DNA of 64,000 nucleotides, from assembly GCA_029006735.1 (NCBI GenBank), contig JAQXGN010000022.1:9640-73639 (forward strand). Reading direction: 5' to 3'. Position 1 is the first letter of the stretch; every line of letters begins with the position of its first letter. The position numbers and the translations under genes were made by a program. Below the pieces are notes generated by a model that was not told where the DNA came from, searched no databases, and saw only the letters and a program-made list of their open reading frames with translations. This stretch comes from Bacillales bacterium (GTDB lineage: Bacteria > Bacillota_I > Bacilli_A > RFN20 > CAG-449). Below, in pieces: positions 39,895 to 48,533 of this stretch.

Positions 39895-42447
39895 TTATAA
39901 ATTGCAATAAAAATCTTTTTTGCCATGAGTAATTTGATATTCTTCCCCGTTTGGTAAAACTACTTTTGCTTCACATCCATATGGAATTTCAACATGAAGA
40001 GAAAAAACATTTTGGTTGATTTTCCATTCAGAGATGATTGTTCCATATAATGTTTTTGTCGATGCTTTTGCATATGTTAATGTTCCACCAATAATAGGTT
40101 TTATAATCATTTTTCTATAGCCTGGTTCTAAATAATCAATACCTGCAACTCTACGATATAGGAAATCACCTACTGCACCACTAGCATAATGATTATAAGA
40201 AATCATACCACCAGTACCATCTTCTCCGATTGTACAAATACCATTTTCATCCAAACCATCCCATCTTTCCCAAATAGAAGTAGCACCTGCTTTTACTTCA
40301 TATAACCAAGATGGGCAATTTGTATTTTCTAACATTTTATATGCAACATCTGAATGTCCATTATCTGATAAAGCAAATAAGATATATGGAGTACCTGGGA
40401 ATCCAGTTCCAATACAATAATTATTCTTCTCAATTAAATTAATAAGATTTGTAATAGCATTAGCCATATTATTCTTGTTTAGCATATTAAAATGAAGTGG
40501 TAATACATAACCAGTTTGGAATTCGTTCTTTAATTTACCATTGCCATCCATCAATTTAGTTTCGTAAGCATTTGAAACATTATTTGCTAAATCTAGATAA
40601 AATTTTTCATCATCTTTTTTACCTAAAATACCAGCAACCTTACTTAATAAAGAAGAAGTATTTTTCAATGATGCAGTCGCAGTCCATTTACTGCGTGCTT
40701 GCCATTGACTCATCTTTGGAACATCAGGAGCAACCCAATCACCAAAATGGAAAATAGAAGGTGTATGCCATATATAGCGATTCTTACCGACACTTAATAA
40801 ATTAGCCCAGAATTTACAAGCATTAACATATTTTTTCATTGAATCATAAGATTTCTCTAGAAGAGAAACATCTCCTGTTTTTTCATATAATGCCCAAGGG
40901 ACTAATATAGATGCATCTCCCCAAAAATCAATTGCCATTTTTGGCATAGTTGCAGGGAATCCATACTTATGAACTGGAATAGTATTTGGAATACCACCAG
41001 TTTTTAATTGTTGACTTCTTAAATCTAATAACCATTTGTCCAAGAATCTAGTTACATCAAAATTAAAACAAGCAGTTGAAGCAAATACAGCGATATCGCC
41101 AGTCCAACCCATTCTTTCATCTCTTTGAGGGCAATCAGTTGGAATATCGACAAAATTAGATTTACTTGACCATTCGATATTCTTTTGTAATCTATTTATT
41201 AATGGATTTGAGCATTCAAATGAACCAATTTTTTCAATATCAGAATATAAAGCAATTGCTTCAATATCTATATCTTTAATATCAATACCAGATAATGAAA
41301 CATATCTAAATCCCATATATGTTAATGTTGGTGAATATACTTGCTCTCCTTCTTTACAAATATATGTCAATGTTGCTTTTGCACTTCTTAAAAATTTAGT
41401 ATTCAATGAACCATCTTTATTTAATATTTCCGCATGTTTAACAGTAACAATTTGTCCTTTTTTTGCATTTTTAATTTTTAATGAGACTACACCTGCAAAA
41501 TTTTGACCAAAATCAATAATATATTGATCAGTTAACTTTTTTATTGATTGGGGTTTAAACACTTCATGAGAAGTAACATTTGCTCCATAATCTAATAACA
41601 ATTTTGGAGAAACTCTTACTTTTTCTAAACAAACTTTATGAAAAGTAATTTCATTTAATGATACGTTTGCATCATAAGTTTCTCCATCATAAATATCCGC
41701 CATTAAAACAGGTGATTTACTAGAAACATCCCATGATTCATCACTTCCAATAACTTCCTTTTCACCATTTTCATATTCAATATGAATATCACATAATAAA
41801 GCTTGACGATCAGCAGCATCTTTATTTTTTCTTGTAAAAACAAATGAACCAACTGCCCATCCACCCGCTACTTCAAAAAATAAATCATTTTCTTCTTTTA
41901 TTAATGAAGTAATATCATAAACTTGATATTGCAATTGATGTTTATATGAAGTAAACCCTGGAGCAAAATAATAATCACCGACTTTTTTACCATTTAGTAA
42001 AAAATCATAAATACCTAAAGCAGTAGAATAAACTTTCACACTCTTTACTTTATTTTTTATTACTAGATGCTTTTTAAATAGTAAAGGAGTTGGTGATACT
42101 CCTTTTTCATTAAAAACAAAATCACCATCCGATATCCATTTTCCCTTAAAAGAACTTAATAAATATCCTGTTTCATAGATTAAACTAGCTGAATCTTTAT
42201 TCCCTAAAGAATCTTCTACTTCCAATATAACATCATATTTAGTAAATGGTTTTAAAGGTTCTCCTTCATAAACAATTCCATTTTGCGAATTAGTATGTTT
42301 TTCCCATCCATTCATTTTTAAAATAGCCTTTTTTAAATATGAATCTTTTTCATCTGAAATAATAGAAAAACTAAAGCTAGGATTAATACAATCAGAGCAA
42401 CAATATTCTTTTTTATAGTTTACTTTAAATTCATTTATTTTAAACAT
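39895..42447 (-). CDS. Alpha-L-rhamnosidase, glycoside hydrolase family 78
   Basis: DCPQRDERMGWTGD signature of GH78. The 850-aa length and domain layout are typical. No signal peptide, so it is predicted cytoplasmic. Confidence 0.9.
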   Translation of the reverse strand: MFKINEFKVNYKKEYCCSDCINPSFSFSIISDEKDSYLKKAILKMNGWEKHTNSQNGIVYEGEPLKPFTKYDVILEVEDSLGNKDSASLIYETGYLLSSFKGKWISDGDFVFNEKGVSPTPLLFKKHLVIKNKVKSVKVYSTALGIYDFLLNGKKVGDYYFAPGFTSYKHQLQYQVYDITSLIKEENDLFFEVAGGWAVGSFVFTRKNKDAADRQALLCDIHIEYENGEKEVIGSDESWDVSSKSPVLMADIYDGETYDANVSLNEITFHKVCLEKVRVSPKLLLDYGANVTSHEVFKPQSIKKLTDQYIIDFGQNFAGVVSLKIKNAKKGQIVTVKHAEILNKDGSLNTKFLRSAKATLTYICKEGEQVYSPTLTYMGFRYVSLSGIDIKDIDIEAIALYSDIEKIGSFECSNPLINRLQKNIEWSSKSNFVDIPTDCPQRDERMGWTGDIAVFASTACFNFDVTRFLDKWLLDLRSQQLKTGGIPNTIPVHKYGFPATMPKMAIDFWGDASILVPWALYEKTGDVSLLEKSYDSMKKYVNACKFWANLLSVGKNRYIWHTPSIFHFGDWVAPDVPKMSQWQARSKWTATASLKNTSSLLSKVAGILGKKDDEKFYLDLANNVSNAYETKLMDGNGKLKNEFQTGYVLPLHFNMLNKNNMANAITNLINLIEKNNYCIGTGFPGTPYILFALSDNGHSDVAYKMLENTNCPSWLYEVKAGATSIWERWDGLDENGICTIGEDGTGGMISYNHYASGAVGDFLYRRVAGIDYLEPGYRKMIIKPIIGGTLTYAKASTKTLYGTIISEWKINQNVFSLHVEIPYGCEAKVVLPNGEEYQITHGKKDFYCNL

Positions 42448-42460
42448 AAATGGCTCCTTT

Positions 42461-42501
42461 CGAAATAGAATAAAGGGCTACTAACATTATATTAGCAGCC
42501 C
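42461..42501 (-). terminator. Hairpin / candidate intra-operon terminator between the 153-aa membrane protein gene and the GH78 gene
   Basis: GGGCTACTAA (42475-84) pairs with TTAGCAGCCC (42492-501) with one mismatch, 7-nt loop. TTTATTCTATTT follows on the minus strand. Confidence 0.5.
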
Positions 42502-42518
42502 TATAACAAATCTAAAAT

Positions 42519-42980
42519 CTATTCTGCTACTTTTTTAACAAAATTTGTAGCTACAGATACAAAACCTGCTACGAGCATAAATGCTGTGGATACAATTGCT
42601 CCAATACATCCTGATCTAGCTACTTGGTTACCACTTTCTAAGTCTGAGAATAATGCGTAACCATAATAGTCAACTCTATCATTGATGAAGTAAATAGCTG
42701 CACCAATTAAGAAGAAAGTTGTAACTATTGATAATACATCACAAACTAATACAATATATTTATTTGATTTGAATGAAGTAAATCCTAATGCGACATTAAC
42801 TAGTTCAAAGATTAAAGCTAAAATTAAGAATGGAACGATTTGAGCAGAAACATTTGCTTCAATGAAATATGGTAATGCTTTATTAACTGCATAAGTAATA
42901 ATAGAAACTAATGTTAATACAACAAGACATACATTTAAGATGAAACTAGCACCTTGATTTTTAATTAATTTCATATTCAT
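42519..42980 (-). CDS. Hypothetical small membrane protein (153 aa, about 4 TM)
   Basis: Complete ORF, 11 nt downstream of the GH3 gene. Four hydrophobic segments. No family recognised. Confidence 0.6.
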   Translation of the reverse strand: MNMKLIKNQGASFILNVCLVVLTLVSIITYAVNKALPYFIEANVSAQIVPFLILALIFELVNVALGFTSFKSNKYIVLVCDVLSIVTTFFLIGAAIYFINDRVDYYGYALFSDLESGNQVARSGCIGAIVSTAFMLVAGFVSVATNFVKKVAE

Positions 42981-42991
42981 TTCCTCCTCTA

Positions 42992-45900
42992 TTAATCTTC
43001 TTTATCTTTTAATGCTAAGAGAGACATTAATATAGCGCCTGCAGCTAATGTTACACTAAATGTACCTGTTAATACATTGAACATAATTTGCCATGATGGA
43101 GTTACATTAATAACTTTTGTTGAAGCATCTAAACCATTTAAAAGATTTGAATTTGCATATGAATACCATTGATATTTCATATTTGTATGTAAATGTTCAT
43201 TTAATAATTTATCTTTTGCAATATTTGTTGCTTCATAGTCAACCCATTCTGTCTTTAAGTCTGCAATAGCACCTTTACCATTAGCCATCATAGTGACACC
43301 ACCAAGGATACATTCACCTGGTAAGAAGTAGTTTTGACCATTGACCATATCTGTAGAGATTAAGCCTTTGTAGCCCCATTCTTTTCTTAAGATATTTTGC
43401 ATTAAACCTTCATGAGCATTTAAGTTAGAACAACCAATTCTGTTGAATGCTGTCATAGTTGCTAAACATTCGCCTGATTCATAAGCTTTTTGGAATGATC
43501 TTAATTCTGTTTCACGAGCTGTTTGTTCTGTCATATATTCTGAAAGACCATATCTATTAAACTCGATTGCGTTGAATGCAAAGTGTTTTGGACCAATTAA
43601 ACATCCACGTTCTCTACCGCCAGATACCATTTCTTGTAATGCATATGCAGAAAGAATTGGATCTTCTGTAAAGTATTCATGTGTACGACCTTCATATGGT
43701 GAACGGTGTAAGTTAGCTCCACCTGCCCAAATAGTAGCACCACCATTCCAAATTGAGTGATCACCAATTAATTGTCCCATTTCTCTTTGAATTTCTTTAT
43801 CAAATGTAGCAGCAATTAATGGAGCGTTTGGAGCAGATGCTTTATAGCCTTCCCAAGTTTCTTTATCTGCTTCTTGTAATTTGTAAGGAGAATTATCTAA
43901 GATTGCATAACCTTGGTTAATACCAAATGATGAGAATCCGTTAGGACCATCAGCTTGTCTATTTCTTGGATTTGCGATTTCATCAATTGTCCAAGTTGTG
44001 TTACCACCAATAGCAATAATCTTAACAGCGTTATCTAATGTGATTTGATTGACAAAATCATCCCATCTTGGATCATCCCAATCTGCACCCTTCATATCTG
44101 CAAGAGTATAACTTGTTTCTTTTGAACCCCAAACTGTTTCAACAACATCATCTTTTTGAACAACGTGTTTTTTATTACGTAATTCTTTAATCATTTCTGC
44201 ATTTGGAGTAACAATTTGTCTACTTGGATATGTTCCTGCCCAGTCATTTCTTGATAAATATTTGACTGCATTTGGTTGATAGTAATTTAAATCTGCATTA
44301 TCTAATTGGTTTTGAATTAAAACGTTACCGCCTTTTGATCTACCAAATAATGAAGAATTTGATGAGTTATATGTTTTAACAATAGCATTTGCTGCATTAC
44401 CATCAGCATCCATACCATTAGATTTTGTTTTACCCATTTTTGCTAAGACGTTGTTAACAGCTTCATGTGCACCATTACCAATTGAGAAATAGTAATCACC
44501 TTCTGCTAATACATAACCACCAACAACACCATCATGTTCTAATGTATTGTCATATGATGTACAGTCTGATAAATCAGCAGTAATAGTATATGTTTTTGTT
44601 TCATTTGGAGCGATTACACCAGTTTTATGATAATCAATTAATTGAATAGCAGCTTTTTCAATGGTATCATTTGCTTTACGTGGTAATGAAACATATAATT
44701 CGATTGCATCTTTACCAGCTACTGAACCAGTGTTTTTAACATCAACAACAGCTGTAACTGTTTTGTCACTTGTATTGAAATCAATGCTCTTTAATTTTTG
44801 TTCAAATGTTGTATATGATTGACCATAGCCAAATGTATAGCTTACTTCATTGCCATAAACCCATGAAGTAGCACCTTCTTTTGCACCTTTTGCAGAACTT
44901 GCATTTGATGAAGGATTGACAACTGTATCAAAATATCTTGTTTCATAATATTTATAACCAGTGTAAATACCTTCTTGATAAACTGTATAAGCAGATGCTC
45001 TTAAGTTATCTGCAGATACTGCAGTCCAACCTTCTTGGTTATTTGTAATCTTATCTGCTTCTGTTGTAGCGATTTCATCTAAATTAGCATATGAGAAGAT
45101 ACCCCAGTTTTGAGCAGCAGGAGATACAGAAATATCAGCTGCATATGTATCTGGTAATTTACCAGATGGGTTTACTGTACCATCTAAGATCTTTGGAACA
45201 GCATTCATACCATATGTACCTGTAGTACCAATCCATAAAATTGCATCAATACCTTCATCATTCTTTAATTCATCAATTTCCATTGGTGAGTTTGAGTTAA
45301 TTAATACGACTACTTTATCACCTTGTGTTTTTGCCATATTAATCATATCGCGTTCTCTATTTGATAAACCTAATGGGTCTTTTGCGCCTTCATTTTTTTC
45401 ACCAACACCAATATTTGCAACACCTGCTTCACCTGGTAAGTAGTCACGACCTTCAGAATTGATTCTACCAAGGACTACTAATGAAGTTTTGTATTCACCA
45501 AAGTTTGTTGTTGTAACTCCTGGAGAAACTGATTCGAGTTCACCTAAACCAACTTCGTTAATATCGAATTTATATTTTGCAACATCAGCTTCATTAATCA
45601 TACCAAAGCCACCGCTAATCTTACTTGCTGCACGATATTTTCCATCATCAACTTTGTATGCTTCTGACATTACAGGATTGATTGTAAATCCATTCTTTTC
45701 TAATGAATTAACTAAGTTTGCTGTTTCACGTCCAGGAATTGTAACATTAGCAGCACCAGAACCCATTTGTCCACCTAAAATGCTAGAATATGCGATTTTA
45801 CCAACTAATGTAACTTTCTTTTCATCTGCTTTTAATGGTAATGCATTATTTTTATTTTTTAATAATACTGCGCCTTCTGCTGTGACCTTTTCTCCATAAG

Positions 45901-46132
45901 CCATATCAGCATTAGCGAGTTCTACTGGAGTGTTGTATTTAGATTTGAAATTAAATTTATCAACACTACCACTGCCTTCAATCTCAACAACTTTTGTAGA
46001 AGAAGTATTGAAAGCTAAGTCCATAAATGCCGCATTTTCTTTTGCAATTATTTGGCCAATTGTTGTAATAGCTAATAAAGCACAAGAAACACTTGCAACA
46101 CCACGGAATATGTTCTTTTTACTTTTTTTCAT
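42992..46132 (-). CDS. Glycoside hydrolase family 3 (beta-glucosidase/xylosidase type). Extracellular, domain order permuted, C-terminal transmembrane tether.
   Basis: Signal peptide MKKSKKNIFRGVASVSCALLAITTIGQIIA. The alpha/beta-sandwich domain comes first (VLLKNKNNALPL...VVVLINSNSPMEI...IDAILWIGTTGTYGMNAVPKILDGTVNPSGKLPDTY). Next is an Fn3-like domain (VKNTGSVAGKDAIELYVS). The (beta/alpha)8 domain comes last (HRSPYEGRTHEYFTEDPIL, GPKHFAFN, nucleophile motif GLISTDM). The C-terminal helix is GTFSVTLAAGAILMSLLALKDKED. Confidence 0.88.
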   Translation of the reverse strand: MKKSKKNIFRGVASVSCALLAITTIGQIIAKENAAFMDLAFNTSSTKVVEIEGSGSVDKFNFKSKYNTPVELANADMAYGEKVTAEGAVLLKNKNNALPLKADEKKVTLVGKIAYSSILGGQMGSGAANVTIPGRETANLVNSLEKNGFTINPVMSEAYKVDDGKYRAASKISGGFGMINEADVAKYKFDINEVGLGELESVSPGVTTTNFGEYKTSLVVLGRINSEGRDYLPGEAGVANIGVGEKNEGAKDPLGLSNRERDMINMAKTQGDKVVVLINSNSPMEIDELKNDEGIDAILWIGTTGTYGMNAVPKILDGTVNPSGKLPDTYAADISVSPAAQNWGIFSYANLDEIATTEADKITNNQEGWTAVSADNLRASAYTVYQEGIYTGYKYYETRYFDTVVNPSSNASSAKGAKEGATSWVYGNEVSYTFGYGQSYTTFEQKLKSIDFNTSDKTVTAVVDVKNTGSVAGKDAIELYVSLPRKANDTIEKAAIQLIDYHKTGVIAPNETKTYTITADLSDCTSYDNTLEHDGVVGGYVLAEGDYYFSIGNGAHEAVNNVLAKMGKTKSNGMDADGNAANAIVKTYNSSNSSLFGRSKGGNVLIQNQLDNADLNYYQPNAVKYLSRNDWAGTYPSRQIVTPNAEMIKELRNKKHVVQKDDVVETVWGSKETSYTLADMKGADWDDPRWDDFVNQITLDNAVKIIAIGGNTTWTIDEIANPRNRQADGPNGFSSFGINQGYAILDNSPYKLQEADKETWEGYKASAPNAPLIAATFDKEIQREMGQLIGDHSIWNGGATIWAGGANLHRSPYEGRTHEYFTEDPILSAYALQEMVSGGRERGCLIGPKHFAFNAIEFNRYGLSEYMTEQTARETELRSFQKAYESGECLATMTAFNRIGCSNLNAHEGLMQNILRKEWGYKGLISTDMVNGQNYFLPGECILGGVTMMANGKGAIADLKTEWVDYEATNIAKDKLLNEHLHTNMKYQWYSYANSNLLNGLDASTKVINVTPSWQIMFNVLTGTFSVTLAAGAILMSLLALKDKED

Positions 46133-46484
46133 ATTCTCTCCTCTCTATATTTGGATAGTAAGTCCAAGAGTTTATAATACTTTTGCCACCTGATACTTAA
46201 ACTCATCATATCATTTAAGGGTTTTCTATACAAATAATCCTATAGTACACAGCAAAAGTTGTAAGCGATTCCATTTTAATTCATTTTTTATACTATTCTC
46301 TATTTTGTCCTATTTTGCATTTTTTTAGTCTCAATTTGAAACTGCATATTTTAAAATCCAATTTTTTTATCTATGATAAAGAATTTTTTTAAGATTTCGA
46401 TAAAAATCTAACCATTTTTTTAGTTTGACTTAGTAATTTCTCTTAATATAAAATATGCTTAAAAGGATATTAAAGGAGAAAACG

Positions 46485-47789
46485 ATGGTCGACTTTTTTT
46501 ATAAATATGGTCTAGTATTAGAGTTATGGTTACCCTTAATATTATTTACATTAAGTTTAAAGAAAAGAAAACTCTTCTTTTTAAGAATGCTTCTCATTCC
46601 TATAGCAATTGGCATATTCTGTTTTGTTAGATCGGCATTCCCAATTAATTCAGTATTTGAAAAAATAGTAATTTACATGATTCTCTATTTTGTCCTATTT
46701 TTACTTAATTATTTTATATATGATGCCCAATTTAGAATTATTGTCTATTGTACTATGGGAGGTATTATTGCCCAGCACGTCGCTTATACATTATCTGATT
46801 TAGTTCGTTATTTTTTATTACCTTCCACTTCTTTATTATGGGCAAATATTGTTTATGCAATATTAGCAATTATCATTAATATTGTTTTATTTTTATCATT
46901 TTCTTTTAACCAAGATCCACGAGATTTTATTAGACTTCAAAAAGGTCCAATTATTATTAGTACTATCATGATTTTTATTATCTGCATTATTGTTTTACAA
47001 TTTTTTGAATACTACCGAAGTCAAGTCATTTTACCTTATTATATTCTATTTGTTGTCCTAGATATGACTTGTTGTTTGACTATTTATCTAATTCAAAAAA
47101 TATCATACATATCTGCGCGTGATACAATTGGAAAAGAAATAATGAAAAACCGACTTCATCAATATGAATCTCTTCAAAGTGTCATTGAAGTTATGAACAT
47201 TAGAATTCACGATTTAAAGCATCAGATTAGAAAGCTCGAAAAAGATAATAGCGTATCTCCTGATGTAATAAAACAATTGAATGATACAATATCAAAATAT
47301 AAGAATTTCTCACGTTGTGGGAATGATATTATTGATACTATATTGACAGAAAAAAATATCAAATTTGAAAAGGAAGAAATTAAATTTACATATAATTTTA
47401 ATGGGAGATTATTCAACCATTTTTCAATTCAAGATATCAACTCCGTATTTGGAAACGCACTAGATAATGCGATTGAATCGTTGATTACCTTACCTCCAGA
47501 AAAAAGATTTTTGACAATTAGATCATTTGAAAAAGGAAATATCGCAATCATTTCATTTGAGAATACTTTCTATGGTAAACCTTCATTTAATAAAGATGGT
47601 TTATTAAACACTACAAAAGAAAGTTCAATCTATCACGGATTTGGTTTAAAATCAATTCGTTCAACCGTTAAAAAATATAATGGAAACATGACGATTACAA
47701 TTGAAGAAGGAACATTCAAATTGCAATTGTTAATCCCACAAGATAATATAAAAACAAAGGAGAAACAAGATGAAAGTAGCGATAGTTGA
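46485..47789 (+). CDS. Sensor histidine kinase, AgrC/VirS-like (HPK10, GHKL ATPase), polytopic N-terminal sensor
   Basis: Six to seven N-terminal TM helices. H-box IHDLKHQIRKL, N-box FGNALDNAIES and G-box HGFGLKSI. I prefer the ATG at 46485, 5 nt after AAAGGAGA, over 46455. Confidence 0.85.
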   Translation: MVDFFYKYGLVLELWLPLILFTLSLKKRKLFFLRMLLIPIAIGIFCFVRSAFPINSVFEKIVIYMILYFVLFLLNYFIYDAQFRIIVYCTMGGIIAQHVAYTLSDLVRYFLLPSTSLLWANIVYAILAIIINIVLFLSFSFNQDPRDFIRLQKGPIIISTIMIFIICIIVLQFFEYYRSQVILPYYILFVVLDMTCCLTIYLIQKISYISARDTIGKEIMKNRLHQYESLQSVIEVMNIRIHDLKHQIRKLEKDNSVSPDVIKQLNDTISKYKNFSRCGNDIIDTILTEKNIKFEKEEIKFTYNFNGRLFNHFSIQDINSVFGNALDNAIESLITLPPEKRFLTIRSFEKGNIAIISFENTFYGKPSFNKDGLLNTTKESSIYHGFGLKSIRSTVKKYNGNMTITIEEGTFKLQLLIPQDNIKTKEKQDESSDS

Positions 47790-48468
47790 AGATAATATTG
47801 AATATACGGAAACTTTAAAAAAATATTTACTTCGTTTTGAAAATGAAAACAAATTAAATATTGCGATTTACACATTCACAAATGGTGAACAATTCATAAA
47901 CGAGTTTAAATCTGATTACGATATTATCTTTATGGATATTGAAATGCCGATAATGGATGGAATTGAATCAAGTACAAAAATACGTGAGATTGATTCAGAA
48001 TGTGTTATTATCTTTGTATCCAATTTTACTAAATATGCGATAAAAGGATATTCTGTTAACGCTTTAGATTATCTTACAAAACCACTTGCTTATGACATTT
48101 TTAAAAACACGATGTCAAAAGCAATTTTAAAAGTCCAATCAAAACAAAATAAAGCAATTGTTCTCCAATCAGGTGCAGAAACATATCGCATTGATATAAA
48201 CGATATCATTTATATTGAAGTATATAAACATCGTGTATTTTTCCATACAACAAAAGATGATTTTGATATAAGAAGTTCTCTACAAGAAGTCGAAAAACAA
48301 TTACCAAGTAATCAATTTATTCGTTGTAATTCTGGTTATATTATCAATTTAAAATATGTATCCGGTATACAAAAAGATAGTATTATCGTATTTAATAAAG
48401 AACTCCCTATTTCCCGCTCTAGAAAAAAAGAAGTTCTTGAAATATTAACTAGATATATTGGTTCATAA
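47770..48468 (+). CDS. LytTR-family response regulator
   Basis: Receiver domain (DIIFMDIEMPIMDG, SNFTKYA...K) plus a C-terminal LytTR DNA-binding domain (IIYIEVYKHRVFFHT...FIRCNSGYIINLKYV). It overlaps the end of the kinase gene. Confidence 0.9.
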   Translation: MKVAIVEDNIEYTETLKKYLLRFENENKLNIAIYTFTNGEQFINEFKSDYDIIFMDIEMPIMDGIESSTKIREIDSECVIIFVSNFTKYAIKGYSVNALDYLTKPLAYDIFKNTMSKAILKVQSKQNKAIVLQSGAETYRIDINDIIYIEVYKHRVFFHTTKDDFDIRSSLQEVEKQLPSNQFIRCNSGYIINLKYVSGIQKDSIIVFNKELPISRSRKKEVLEILTRYIGS

Positions 48469-48500
48469 ATCGAGCCTAAAAATTATTAAAGACACAACCT

Positions 48501-48533
48501 AAAAATCTTTAGATACTAAAGATTTTTTTATTG
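48501..48533. terminator. Bidirectional terminator between the convergent response-regulator and GH2 genes
   Basis: Perfect 12-bp stem: AAAAATCTTTAG (48501-12), ATA loop, CTAAAGATTTTT (48516-27). U-tracts follow on both strands. Confidence 0.75.
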
